Assembly (NCBI GenBank): GCA_903813345.2
Contig: CAIIXF020000001.1
Span: forward strand, 26,536,001 to 26,600,000
Reading direction: 5' to 3'
Length of the DNA stretch: 64,000 nucleotides
From: Owenia fusiformis
Lineage: Eukaryota
In this document: positions 50,612 through 63,181 of the stretch, one piece after another
Layout of the letters: each line of letters opens with the position of its first letter
How positions within the stretch are numbered: position 1 is the first letter of the stretch
Notes under the pieces: generated by a model
Told to the model about the DNA's origin: nothing
What the model saw: the letters and a program-made list of their open reading frames with translations, nothing else
Database searches by the model: none
Translations under genes and position numbers: made by a program

Positions 50612-53600
50612 TCATACCATCATACTGTTAAAATCCATTTTCATTTTTAAACAATAATCTAAATATGCCTTAAAGTTGTAATAATTTGGAGGCTCTTGTT
50701 GCATTTTCTTATTATATAAGTAGTACTTTCCTATAATAATTACCATATTTTCAAAATCACTCCATTTTGGGCTACCAAATACTACTGTAAGCAGAGAAAA
50801 ATTTTCGAGATCTTTTAATGTATTATCTATTATTGATTTCCAAAACTGTTTCGTATAATCACAATTAAAGAGGATGTGGTCACAAGTTTCTATGTTCACA
50901 TGGTAAAACTCACACATTGGTGAAGGTGTTATTTTGTATTGAAATAGTTCACTGTTTGTATACAAAATATTGTTTATGAGCTTATATTGAAATGCCTTAT
51001 GTTTTGAATATGTCAGGGTTTTATGAAAGTGTTCATAGTAAAATGACCAATCTTCTTCTTTAATATGATATTTATCTGATAAAGTGTGTTTTGCTGTTGG
51101 ATATTCTGCAATAGCTTCCAGCAATATTTTATAAAATTCTCTAGATGTACATTCTAAAAAGTTGACTTCTGTATCGTTTTTTATTACCATTATATTTTCT
51201 AGAGATACCTGGTCATTCATATTTCCATTCGGTACTCTTAACCAATCTGATGGTATTGCCTGAATGAGGCCAAACCATTTTAGCATATAATTGTGTGAGA
51301 GTCCAGTTTGCATTTTGACCTGATTCCATGATTTAACCATTCCATTAAGCATAACATCTTTGATTCTTAGAAAACCTTTATCATAAAATTCCTTCCAAAA
51401 TATTGATTTATTTCTGATGACAATGTTCTCATTATTCCAAATTATTTCATCCAATGTATTTTTCTTTGGTCTCCTTAAAAGCTTATATGCCTTTAAAATA
51501 TTATGATAAAATCTTGGGCTAATTGCATTTAGTTTATTTATGTCAAAATTGCAGTTTAGTAAAAGTAGAAGCCCGCCATATTTATGGAGATAATGATTTG
51601 GAATAATTGTCCATTGTGATTCCTTTTTAGTATCCTTTAAAAGCTTTTGGGCCCATCTTAATTGAGAGGTTTGAATTTTGGTTTTGAGGTCGCTCATGTT
51701 GAGTCCACCTTTTTTAATTGTTGAAATAAGTGCTTTTCTTTTAATCTTGTCATTTCCGTTCCAAATAAATTTAAAAACAATTCCGTTTATTTCCTTTACA
51801 TAACAATCATCTGTTTCAATAACTGAACTAATAAAGCTAAATTTTGACAGCCCAAAAGTTTTTACGATCTGTATTTTACCTAAAATTGTCAAATTTCTAC
51901 TTTGCCATAGGCTCAATACCTGCTTAAGGTGATTAATTGTCGACCTAAAATTTTTCTCTGCTTTGAGCTTTCTATCATAATTAAAATACACTCCAAGAAT
52001 TCTAATTTCTTGAACTTGTTTCAAATGTTCAATGTCCCAAATTTGATCTTTAAATCTTCCTATTGTAAAGAGTTCAGTTTTGTCTAAGTTTGTTTTAAGG
52101 CCACTGCATTTTTCAAAGCTATCAAGTACTTTCATTGACTGCAGTATGGAGTTTTTATCCCTAACAAACAACGTCATATCATCTGCATATATGCTCAGTT
52201 TTATTTCTTTATTACCAATTTGAATTCCTTTTATTAATACATCATCTCTTATATTTTGGGCTAGAAACTCCACTGCAATGATGAAGAGTACTGGTGATAA
52301 TGGATCACCTTGTTTAATTCCCTTTTCTATTTTAAATTTTTCCCCGCAGAACCCCAAATTCATAACTTGGGCAGTTATATTACAATACAATATTTTAACC
52401 CATGAAATAACATATTCTCCGAAATTTAGTTTTTCTAAAGCTTTTATTAAAAAATCGTGGCTTAGAGAATCAAAGGCCTTGAGAAAGTCAACAGCTACGA
52501 AAGCGCCCCCTATATTCTCATCTTCTGTATAAAACATCATGTCATCTATTAATCTTATAATTTCAGCCATTTGTCTTTCTTTTATGAATGCTGCTTGATC
52601 TGATTTAATTAATTTGCCTAATACAGATTCAATGCGCTTGCACATAACTTTGGAAATAATTTTTGCATCCACATTTATTAATGAAATCGGACGTTGATTT
52701 TTTAAAAACATGACATCTCTTCCTTTTTTCGGAATGAGTTTCATAATGATTTCTCTCTGAGAAACTGACATTTCCTTTTTATTAAATGTGAAACCTATAG
52801 AATTCATAAAAGTTGTTTTTATTTTTTCCCAAAATGTAGAATAAAATTCAATAGTAAGACCATCACTTCCGGGGGACTTATTATTTTTAAAAGTTTGAAG
52901 AATTTTATAACATTCTTGCTCTGTGATTTGGCATTCCATAGACAATTTTTCCTCCTCGGTTAGCTTAGGAATATTTTTATTTTCTAAGAATACATTTGCA
53001 TTTTTATTATATACATTTGCTTTTGATTTTGAATAAAGCTGTTTATAAAATTCCTTGATTTTATTTTGAATTGTTTTAAAATCTTTAGAAATTACTCCAT
53101 TTGCATTTTTTAATTGTGTTATGTTACTTTTTGCAGCATTTTGTTTCTCTAATCGAAGAAAATATTTTGAGCCTTTCTCCCCTTCAACAAAATCTTGAGA
53201 TCTTGATCGAATTTTCTCACCTTGTGTTACATAGTCAATATGAGTCTCAAGCTGTAATTGGCATTCGTAGTATGCATTTTTAATTTCTATGTCATTTGGA
53301 TTTTTATCTAAATTGCTCTGTATCGTATTAAGTTTATTTTCTAGGTCACATTTGTTTTTCTTTCTAGCCTTTGCCCTCTTCTTTGAATAAGCAATGGTAA
53401 AATGTCGTATTTTGTATTTAATAAAATCCCAGACAACTCTTTGGTCTTCAATTTCTGTAACTTCATTTAACCATTTGGGAATATTTTGCTCAAGTTCATG
53501 TTTAAAATCAATGTCATTCGAAAGGCTATTATTATACCGCCAGTGGTTTGGGCCTGGTTTTTTATTTATATTGTTAAAATAAATGACTATAGGAGAATGA

Positions 53601-54295
53601 TCCGACTTAATACCTGTATCTATATCAATCTTCTCAACATTATGTTGGAGGTTATCTGAACACAGCCACAAATCTAACCTACTCATTATTGTAGGATTTT
53701 TCTGACGCCAAGTGTATCTTTTTCTGTTGGGGTTTCTAAGACGCCATAAATCAACCAAGTCTAAATTAAGCATGAATGTGTCAAAAAAATCGATAATCTG
53801 TTTATTAACTTTATGATTTCCACCACTTCTATCAAGATCTGCACTGAATATGATGTTGAAATCGCCGCCTATTATTAAATTAGTGTCATCGTTTGTGAAA
53901 TCTTCTATTTTACGCGCGAATTCTGTCCAAAATGGAAGTTTTTCTTGTTCGATGGTTGGCCCATAAACATTTATCAAAAGAAAGCGTTCATTTTGAATCT
54001 CAGTGTCTAAAATAAGAAACCGCCCATTTTTATCAGAAATTTGTCGTTTGACCTTAATGTCAAGAGAGTCTTTTATTAATATCATTACTCCTCTACTTTT
54101 AGAGGACCCGTGTGAAAAATATATATCACCTTTCCAGTTATTATTATATGTATTTTCGATTTCATGTGTACTGTGGGTTTCTTGTAAAAAGGTAATGTCT
54201 TTGTTTTTACTTTTTACCCAATTCATAACCGTATCCCGTTTATTTTGATTCACCAAGCCCCTAACATTAAAAGATAGCATATTAAAATTCATCAT
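50612..54295 (-). CDS. LINE ORF2: APE endonuclease, reverse transcriptase, C-terminal zinc knuckle (1227 aa)
   Basis: NVRG, LQETH, GGDFN and SDH endonuclease motifs; KSPGSDG, RPISL, DFLKAFD, QGDPLSP and YADD RT motifs; CEFYH...DHILFNC knuckle. Confidence 0.97.
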   Translation of the reverse strand: MMNFNMLSFNVRGLVNQNKRDTVMNWVKSKNKDITFLQETHSTHEIENTYNNNWKGDIYFSHGSSKSRGVMILIKDSLDIKVKRQISDKNGRFLILDTEIQNERFLLINVYGPTIEQEKLPFWTEFARKIEDFTNDDTNLIIGGDFNIIFSADLDRSGGNHKVNKQIIDFFDTFMLNLDLVDLWRLRNPNRKRYTWRQKNPTIMSRLDLWLCSDNLQHNVEKIDIDTGIKSDHSPIVIYFNNINKKPGPNHWRYNNSLSNDIDFKHELEQNIPKWLNEVTEIEDQRVVWDFIKYKIRHFTIAYSKKRAKARKKNKCDLENKLNTIQSNLDKNPNDIEIKNAYYECQLQLETHIDYVTQGEKIRSRSQDFVEGEKGSKYFLRLEKQNAAKSNITQLKNANGVISKDFKTIQNKIKEFYKQLYSKSKANVYNKNANVFLENKNIPKLTEEEKLSMECQITEQECYKILQTFKNNKSPGSDGLTIEFYSTFWEKIKTTFMNSIGFTFNKKEMSVSQREIIMKLIPKKGRDVMFLKNQRPISLINVDAKIISKVMCKRIESVLGKLIKSDQAAFIKERQMAEIIRLIDDMMFYTEDENIGGAFVAVDFLKAFDSLSHDFLIKALEKLNFGEYVISWVKILYCNITAQVMNLGFCGEKFKIEKGIKQGDPLSPVLFIIAVEFLAQNIRDDVLIKGIQIGNKEIKLSIYADDMTLFVRDKNSILQSMKVLDSFEKCSGLKTNLDKTELFTIGRFKDQIWDIEHLKQVQEIRILGVYFNYDRKLKAEKNFRSTINHLKQVLSLWQSRNLTILGKIQIVKTFGLSKFSFISSVIETDDCYVKEINGIVFKFIWNGNDKIKRKALISTIKKGGLNMSDLKTKIQTSQLRWAQKLLKDTKKESQWTIIPNHYLHKYGGLLLLLNCNFDINKLNAISPRFYHNILKAYKLLRRPKKNTLDEIIWNNENIVIRNKSIFWKEFYDKGFLRIKDVMLNGMVKSWNQVKMQTGLSHNYMLKWFGLIQAIPSDWLRVPNGNMNDQVSLENIMVIKNDTEVNFLECTSREFYKILLEAIAEYPTAKHTLSDKYHIKEEDWSFYYEHFHKTLTYSKHKAFQYKLINNILYTNSELFQYKITPSPMCEFYHVNIETCDHILFNCDYTKQFWKSIIDNTLKDLENFSLLTVVFGSPKWSDFENMVIIIGKYYLYNKKMQQEPPNYYNFKAYLDYCLKMKMDFNSMMV

Positions 54296-54578
54296 CGATC
54301 TAGCGCCTGTTCATTTTGTGATTTAAACTATAAAAATATGTAGTATTAAATAATTTATATCCAATATATACTTTTAGGCATATGATTAGTTTACAACAGT
54401 ATCGTATCACAAAAATAACATATTTGTACAACATTACTAAATATTCATTCACTCCTATCAAGTTCAGACATTCCATTCTCACATACACATTCATTATATT
54501 CTTAACAATAGTCCTTCAATAACCAGTTGATGAACTATTTTCCATTTAAGTCTCTGTGGGCTCCTCCATCGAAAGATA

Positions 54579-55047
54579 TTAGTCTTTCCTCAAGGTTATT
54601 GGTATTCTGGATACATCTGTGCTCTTGTATGTTCTATTGTCCAAATGTAGTGTGTCTGCTATCATAAATGCTCGTTTTCCCTGATTCCGCGCTTCTTTCA
54701 TATACGGGTAGAGTGCCTTTCTCCTCATGTTGATCTCTTTACAAAAGCTTTCATCCATTCTGTATGGGGAGTCTTTGCAGTTTCGTCGAGCGTCCCATAC
54801 CAGCTTTTTATCTTTGAACCAATGGAATTTTGCTGTAATTGGTCTGCTTTTATTTGCTGATCTATCATTTTGGTTTCTTTTCCCCAGACGATGGACTCTT
54901 TCGAATTTTATATCTTTCGCATCTATTTTGAGTTGTTCATTAATCATCTTCCTCACTTTTAATTCACAATCTTCATCTTCTGATTCCTCTATATTGTAAA
55001 AGTGAATGCTGTCTCTCCTAGAGTATGTGTCTTGATCAAGAACTTTG
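54579..55047 (-). pseudogene. L1-type ORF1 C-terminal part (RRM and CTD); coiled coil lost by truncation
   Basis: YSRRDSIHFYNIEE...FERVHRLG...RPITAKF...RRKAL...AFMIADTLHLDNRTY motifs typical of L1 ORF1. Confidence 0.85.
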
Positions 55048-58000
55048 TCATATTTTTTTATTGACTCATACATTTTGAAAGTGCCCAGAAAGCACCAAAT
55101 AGCATCTTAAAATTGTAAAATTTTCTTGGGAAATATGCGCTTTTAGGCACAGACACTTTTAAGTGCCCAAACTTCTAATGGAATAGCACCTTGATATTGT
55201 AAGTTTTGATATGGGGGACAAACACTTGCTCCCCCTCTGGCACCCCAGCCCCACCTCTCCCTCTGGCACCCCTCTCCCCCCCCTCTTTGACACCCCCAAA
55301 ATTTGAAAAAAATTGTGATTGTTTTTCAATGTTTTTATTGATTAATACCTTTAAAAGTGCCCAGAAGCACCAAATATCATCTTTCAATTGTAAAATTTTC
55401 TAGGAGAGTTAGCTACCCCTCACATCCCCCTCAAAACAAAATAAATATTCTGAATTTCATGTATTGCCCAGACATCATCAAATAGCACCTTGATATGGTC
55501 AATGTTTCTGGGGGACAACCCCTTGCTCCCCTACTGGCACCCCACCCAACTTCACCCTCTCATCCTCTTTGACACCCCCAAAAGAATTTGAAAAAAATCA
55601 CATTTTTCTTATTAACTCATAACGCACAGGCGTTCCAGATGGTTCCAAATTCGCTCCAAATACAAGCAAATTTCAAAATTTTCCTGGGGGAGAACCCCCA
55701 GACCCCCCTGAATGCTCGGTTTTTATTTATTCACTCAACTCTTTCTTGTGGTGATGGCGTACTACTAACTTAGAAACTTACACTTTGAAAGTGCCAAGAA
55801 AGCACCAAATAGCATCTCAAAACTGTAAAATTTTCTAGGGGGAGTGGACCACTCCTCACACCCCCCACAAAACAATTGGAACGTTTGGAAGTTGCATTTG
55901 TTAATTCCAAACCAATATAGGGAGTAACTGACCCCCACCCCCCCCCCCCCTCTGTCTTACGTGATTTGATTTACGCGGCAAAAAAATTGACAATTTTATG
56001 TTCCCTTTAGTAAGCTAAAAACCGCACCCCCCTTGGAGAAAAGTGTCTTACGGGCATGCAGGTGATGCTAGAATAGCACTGTACATCGCTGTATAACACA
56101 GTACTCAAATGTTCCTAAGTAATATTTTTAAAACTTTTTTTTTAATTAAACAAATCAGAGTCGTGTGAATCAGAAATAACAGAATTATTCAAAAGTATAA
56201 GGACTATTCTGTACTTTTTTCAAAAGTCTATACTTAAATGTTGTGAAAAGTTATAATCGAAAAACCATCTTTCGGAGTAAAGTCCGTCTGCGCCGATTTC
56301 AATAACTTCGTACTTGATCAGAACTGGGTTCCAACAGAATTCCTACAAACTCATGAATGAAATAGCCATTGCATGGAATACTTACTTTTGTCAAAATCAA
56401 AGTAGAACTCTAGTTAAAAAATATATTGTGCTAAATTATTGCCATTTCTTAGTAAAATGTCGTTCTCCGGTACGTTGCCAAAATTATTCGATGGTACCCC
56501 GTGATAATGCACTGTTCAGTACTGTTTACAGCGCTGCAAAATGATGTTGCGGATTTAACCTTGAATTTGAAACAAAAATGCTTTTTATATTCCCCATTTA
56601 TCATGCTAAGTATTAAAATTACTAAAATTATCCACAAATAAAATATATGTGAGGGTCCCATTTTTATGTGCCCACCCTGTCCATGTCCTTATACTTTATT
56701 CTGCATATTCTTTATGATCACAGGAAGTAAAATGTACGTGATCTCATTGGATGGCGAAATATGAAATGGCATCTTATAGACTTGATGTATAAACCTGAAT
56801 AATGTGAATATCATTAACATTTTGATAACTTTGAGATAAGATAATTGTATTACGCACATAACTCAAGATTTCAAGAAATAACATGTCATATAATATCTGT
56901 TTGATCTCCAGGCTATTTCTTTTATTTATGTTTTGTAATTTGCTTTTTTGAATAGGTCGAACTAATTCGCAATCTGCAATCTACTACCCATGTGTTACAG
57001 TTAATCAAGCATTTTACATAAATCAGCCATTTCCATCGGCAGATTAATCCCCAGCAACCTTAGTGGACTTTGGAACGAGAATATGATGTATTTTTTAATG
57101 TTGAAAAATGTATAAGATACAAAGCATCAAATACAGTCAAGGTTGGATTATTAAGGATTTGTTGTCCCTTTTTCGTCGCATTCATTAAGGTATTATTAAT
57201 GATTATCTAATCAACTTACCTTTGAATACTTGCATTATTCATAACTATTTTACCATATAAATTATATTGGAAATCTTTCTCAGTTTCTAAGTTGTGTATG
57301 ACTATGATCGTGTTGAAACATAATTACTGAAATTATTCCTTGGATAGAAATTCTAGTGTAGCAACCTTTAAAAGAGATGAATGTGAAATTTATTCTGTAC
57401 TGCTTCAATCAAATTGATATAAATCGGTGGGAATCACGTTGTTTACCAAACTCTGTGGGCGATTATCTTCAGTTTAAATAAAGAGTCACGAAATAAAGTA
57501 TGTGCGCCTTGGAATGTACAGACAGAGGATACAGAACAATACCCCTCATCTGAGGCCATGAAATCGTACAATCGCAAAATTGATTTTCTTTCTCCGAAAT
57601 GGTGCTTTGTAAAATAAATCCCAACCTCCGAACGCAGGGCTCCAAACATCACCCACGGGAAGAAAACAGAGTGGATGATGGTATAAGATTTTTGTACAAG
57701 TACATCCAAATCCTTACAACAGTGATCCTGGTAATGTCTTCGAATCACTCAGATCCATGCGATCTGTCTACATCGAGTGATATGACAGACATAAAGGAGA
57801 GCACTTCATTAATCAAAGTACATAAATTCCCCTCGTACAGCTAGTCGTTAGAATCAATAAAATTCTTTGTCTGGAGGATGACAATTAAAGGCAATCGTGG
57901 TAGTGGACAGTATAAGTAGGCACACATCTTGACTTTTACTTACTTATCCAATCAAGTAAAGAATATTATTCTCTCCGGATTCACGAAAGACACTACAAGA

Positions 58001-58200
58001 GTTGTATAAGATTTATGTTCACACAATATTGGATGCATGGAATTTTTCAAAGAAAATCGAACCTTAAACATCTACATACATTTTGAGTTTTTGCACATGT
58101 ATTTTGCTGTATTATTCCTCAGCAAAAAAGTGTGTCCAGCATTAAAAGTTGAAGTGTTTTGTGCTTCCATTCCCCCAAAAAGATAGTCACTGAGTAAATA

Positions 58201-58764
58201 CAGGGTGGTCAAAAAAACTGGAAACCCTTACACCATTTTCCTAATATCTTTATTATTTTAAGAAATAACTTTGCACATTTATACATCACTCAATTTCCTA
58301 CCAGCCTACCATATTTCATGACCATCTGATTGATAGTCACAGTGCTACAGCACTTTAAAGAACATCCCCGGTGGCCACTATTGCGCTGAAGGTCAACCTG
58401 GACATGTCATCCAAAATGTCCCTATCTATGGGAAAATGGCAGAGATAAAGTGTATAAGAATGACCTCTGGACAATGGCAGACCTCAAAAGTGAGATCATC
58501 TGCATCATTCAGGCCATACCTGCTGAGGAATGCATTTGGATCATTGACAACTGTGCAGGTTTGCCTACAGCGCCATGATGGCCAAACCTGGAGCATGTTG
58601 TTCAAAGTGCTGTAAAATTGTGACTATCTGTCTGATGGTCATGACATATGGTACGGTAGTAGGAAATTGAATGATTTACAAATGTGTGAAATATCAGGGA
58701 GTAATTTCTTAAAATGACAAAGATATGAGGAAAATGCAGGGTTTCCGTTTTTTTGACCACCCTT
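58201..58764. mobile_element. Tc1/mariner-like MITE
   Basis: TA|CAGGGTGGTCAAAAAAACTGGAAACCCT ... AGGGTTTCCGTTTTTTTGACCACCCT; ~150-bp imperfect arms. Confidence 0.78.
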
Positions 58765-59538
58765 TTTGTATTATACTTGCGCCTATGTGCAAATTCATGT
58801 TTTTCGAAGATTTCACTATTATAAAATAAACAATAACTAAGTGTAATGTGATATTTGGTTTTGCCCAGATGTCTCTTTTCCCACTTTCTCTTGCACCCAT
58901 CATAGTGGTATTTAGTGTTTGATAGGATAGGATCATTTTTATAGGACAGCGGAGGGATTTAAAACGATAAGCTATAGTAGAACATTTCCATTTGTTTTCC
59001 AAATCACGTAAATTAAAGGATATTGTTGTTTTCAAGTTCATCTATCTCAATATTCAGGTGAACATCCCATGGCGATATTGTAAACTAGACTGCTAGACAC
59101 TGGGATATGTTTCACTCAGCCAGATTACCAGAACTTTGTTGAGACTTCGCGTATAGAGAAGCGTATGAAAGAGCGAGTCTGTGGTTTACGAGCTCTAACC
59201 AGGCCGAGAATGAAGAACCTATTTTAAATCATACTTACATTTACAAGTTTTGTCACAAACTAGATAGTAAGACAGACATAAAATATGTTATTTAATTTTA
59301 TCGTCTTTCTATAGCTATCACCGCTGTCTTACAATAATCAGATGTAGATTAAGTACCTTTTCACAAGCACACATTCGAGCGGCCGTCAATAATCAACTAC
59401 TAACTGCTCGTTGACCAATCAAAATCGAGTACAGGGTGTCCCTAAATAAATTGGACCAAGACAAACATGAACTAATTCGGAGCATGATGATGAAGGAGTT
59501 TTCTAATAAAGATCTAAAAATTTCACTTGGTAACTCAC

Positions 59539-59660
59539 CTCTCAACGCTCATGAATGTGAGCGTTAACACTGAGCAAATGACGGAGACATTCTGGAAATA
59601 GTGGACCAGTTTGCACATCACTGCTCCAAAATGCCATACAAATGTCACGTGTTTTGTGAA
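59539..59660 (-). CDS. GPCR exon, ECL1 and TM3 (FTKHVTFVWHFGAVMCKLVHYFQNVSVICSVLTLTFMSVER)
   Basis: ttttcag acceptor, gtgagt donor, 122 nt; WxFG and conserved TM3 Cys. The five exons total 1089 nt and are in frame to the stop. Confidence 0.95.
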
Positions 59661-62600
59661 CTGAAAAACAAAAAACACACAAATAATTGCAACATTTAAT
59701 GCAATAAAATTAACATTCTGGTCGTGACAGTTCGACTGAAATGCTGTTCTGAAAATAATTTTTAATTGCTTTTTAGTTATATTTTCAATCCGAGTTATGG
59801 TGAACAATCTTTCCATCTTGTTTTCCCAAAATGTACATTTAAGGTATCTAAAATTCTCTATTTGTTTAAAGATTGACCGTCTAATGCAAGGCTATCATAA
59901 ATTGATTTAACCATCAGGTTGCACCATGATTCACAAGCTTTCAGTTGCTCCAATTCTTCACAGCCATGGTTATATATTATATTATTGGTTATATCATTGG
60001 TTATATTACCACATTGGAACTGGAAGACGAGGTTGCACACATTATTGAGAAAAATAGAGTTGATGATGATGCAATGCTACGGTAATCCAGAAAACTTTGG
60101 AAACGGCTTCTCAAGTAATCGCCTAACAAAAATGCTACAAGCGTTTATAAGTCCCATAATTCGTTGCCATAGTTACGGATCAGATCACTTTTGTTACATG
60201 TCTTCGAAAATAGCTGATGGGGACATAAAATGTGACAACATTTCTGATGCTATAAAACTGATACTATTGTTATAAAATTCATGAAATAAATGTCATCCAG
60301 CTTGCAATTGTGATGGTTGATTTGCAATTTAAAAATAGTTTCAGCTGAACTTTTAATAACACGAACACGAAACGATTCTCCATTGGAATTGAAGTTATAA
60401 ACTAGCTAGAATGTGTTTAATTATAATTTATTCATTTAGCTGTGATACCATTTATCAAGGTCATCACCAGTGCCTCAAAGCAAATAAAAAATCTCATATC
60501 AAACTTCTCATAATCTGATATAAAAAAGGTATGAAAATATAATTAATCCAACTTTATTTACCATCGCCGTGAAGAATTATTGCGATAATATGCTCATCAA
60601 CTGTGAAATATGGCAATACTTGCTGCTTATAATTCATTTTGGTTTATTATGCTCAACAATGCTTTATGGTTTATCGTTTTTATTTTCAGATTAAGTTTAC
60701 TACAGGTTATAAACATGGTAAATCAACATATAGAGACAAATGCATTGTAGCGTTGAATGTATAATGTGGTTAACCAGGCAGTGTTTTCTCATCTCATAAA
60801 ATAAGTCATTAATCCCATATAAGTATCTATTTCAACTTAATTATATTTAACCAGATAAAGTAATCAGGCTCATGACATGCACCGGGCATTCTTAATCCAA
60901 GGCCATTTCAACTCATTCCTTTGCTGTTCTAGCACCAAAGCCCGATGGTGAAAGATCTGCACTGGGGATTCCTAAATGATCCAAGCGCCATCTTGAAAAA
61001 CTCAAGATTCCTTGTCATGCATAAATCGTAAATCAAACAGGTCCAACAGATCCGACTGTATTTCAGGCTAATCTTTTGAATTTCAATAATCAAGCAACAA
61101 TAATTTTAACAAAGGGGCACCTCTTTTCAATTCTAATGAATTTAGAAATCTCTGTAGTTTACATCTTCAATGACTTTTAGATATTTCAATTCATTTTTCA
61201 AAAACTGAAACAAGTATCCAGAAGCGAAACATTGGCACGCTATAGAAAAGATTGCTTACCAACATTTATCATTCTCTATCTCATCAGCTAACTTAGATGA
61301 ACCGAACGTGGATCCCTCGACTAGATCAACTTCCGAAACTTTAGACAGTCTAATTACCTGAATTAAATGAAACGGTGTCGCATGCGACACATCTGGCACC
61401 GATGGGAACGTTAGAAAACAAATTGATTTATCATTATTTTGAAATTGGTAATCTAAAAAGGCTTTTGGCTAGGTACTTCTACATTAAACGATATACGGGC
61501 TCAAAAGCATATGCAAATATGAATTAATAATGTACTTTTCAAAGAAAGAAATAGTAAAGATGTTATCATAAGACATGTCTGAATGAATTCAACTGACGTA
61601 AGTGATGTTCTATTGCAAAATCTATCTGCACAGATGTATACAAAACAAAGCTATGATCGATGATTAAGCTTGTATTTGCGAGTGCAACTTTCGGCTGTCG
61701 GCCATCGGGTTAACCTAGTATTTTATGGGCAACTCATTTAAATATGAGTAGTACCTACCACTTTTCCATTCACATCTAAGGCTGCGTTTTTGAACTGCCC
61801 GCGGTGCAAGTCAATTGCATAATATTTAATACGATTTCCCCCTAGGTATCACGAAAAAGATAAATAAGCCCATGCGGTGCAAATTACATGGTCATTTATT
61901 TTCAAAGTGTTGCATTCGCGAATACAAGCTTAGATATTGAATTTAAAGGATATAAGCAAACTTCGAACTTTTGTTGTTATATTGATAATTCGAACATGAC
62001 TGTATTCACGCCTTCTATAAATTGTTAACAAACTCAAAATTTCACCCGGGGCAACACAATAATGTGTGACGTCATTACGGTGGGTTGTAGTAATGGCGGA
62101 CCATTGAATGAATAATCGAAAAATGTTGGTGAGTTTTCATGTTCGAATCGTAATATAGACCTCAAGCACGTGTAATATCGTCGAATACATCCCTTACGAC
62201 TAGGCACAAAAGCTTTCGAACCCCTCACTTCTTTCGGTCGTACATAAAACGTTTGTGCCAAGCCATGTGGGGTATATCTGTCGATATAACACCTGCTCTT
62301 CAGTCTATATTTCTTAGTTCTAATATGATATGGGACGTCAACAGTAATGTGTAACGGAGTAAAAAACCTTCACCTAGCTTTGAGTTGAATTTGAGTGAAT
62401 ATGGGTAGACAAGAATAGCTGTATCTAAGAGTGCATGAAAGGATAAAAGGATCTTTATAAATGATAACAGGAATGGCTCCAATCTAACCTGAAAGGGTCA
62501 TTTTCACGTATAACAGTGTCAGTGTATGTTGAATGAGTAATCACGTTGTATACTAAGAAATATGGTAACAGTTGGCCAAATGATAAAGTATGAGATGAAC

Positions 62601-62906
62601 TGATACTGCAGGAAAAGAATGAGAAATATGACATTGATAAATGTATGGACTGGTTGTAGGAGAGATTGTTTTCTTGTCAAGGACGGAAAGATGATATATA
62701 TCAAAATATGAAGACGAAATGAGGGTGGGAGAGGGGGGGGGCATGGACCTCAAGAAAAAGTCCATGGTTGGGAGTAGAATCTAGGATTAAGAAAAAAAAA
62801 ATTCTAAAAACAGAAGATCAGCAATCAGAAATGACATGTGACATAACCTTGACATTCGGAGGTTACTACTGTAATGACCGAAGGGCGCCCCGGGGGAGTG
62901 ACTTAA

Positions 62907-62948
62907 GACTGATGCTCTACCAACTGAGCTAAAGGGCTAAGCCACTAC
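62907..62948 (-). mobile_element. tRNA-like SINE head fragment
   Basis: Minus strand GTAGTGGCTTAGCCCTTTAGCTCAGTTGGTAGAGCATCAGTC contains an A box; no complete cloverleaf. Confidence 0.45.
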
Positions 62949-63181
62949 AGCATAGCAACTTGCTATCCACGGTCGGTACACTACCTCCGCCTATAAGTCT
63001 GAACTTTTCCAACTACTTGGAGAGACATTTGTGCCCTTTTCTTTTCAGTGATCTATTACAGAACAACATCGATAAACTTCCGATAAGTATCTCATACATG
63101 TTGAAGTGAAAGCATAGGTTTGTAAGTAAAAAGTTGTTTTCAAAAGAGATACAACTTTGTATTCCATACCTAATGAGGTTT

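Larger units (their letters stand above)
50503..55047 (-). mobile_element. 5'-truncated L1/Tx1-clade LINE, about 4.55 kb
   Basis: Partial ORF1, intact ORF2, AATAAA fused to a ~29-nt poly(A) (T-run 50503-50531), and ~12-bp TSD TCATATTTTTTT at 50498-50509 and 55048-55059, partly overlapping the tail. Confidence 0.93.
49738..56058. mobile_element. Non-autonomous DNA element with 5-bp TSD carrying a ~330-bp C-rich satellite, interrupted by the L1
   Basis: TIR CAGGGCCGTCAGA / TCTTACGGGCATG; TSD CAGGT at 49733-49737 and 56059-56063; internal units TTGACTCATACA.TTTGAAA.TGCCCAGAAAGCACCAAATAGC at ~49858, 50192, 55061, 55338 and 55778. Confidence 0.75.

Noticed and set aside
52278-54999. Plus-strand ORFs within the LINE
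   Set aside because: Antisense shadows of ORF1 and ORF2.
62907-62948. tRNA gene
   Set aside because: Only an A-box/D-arm-like part; no T-arm or acceptor stem; related SINE-like copies exist.
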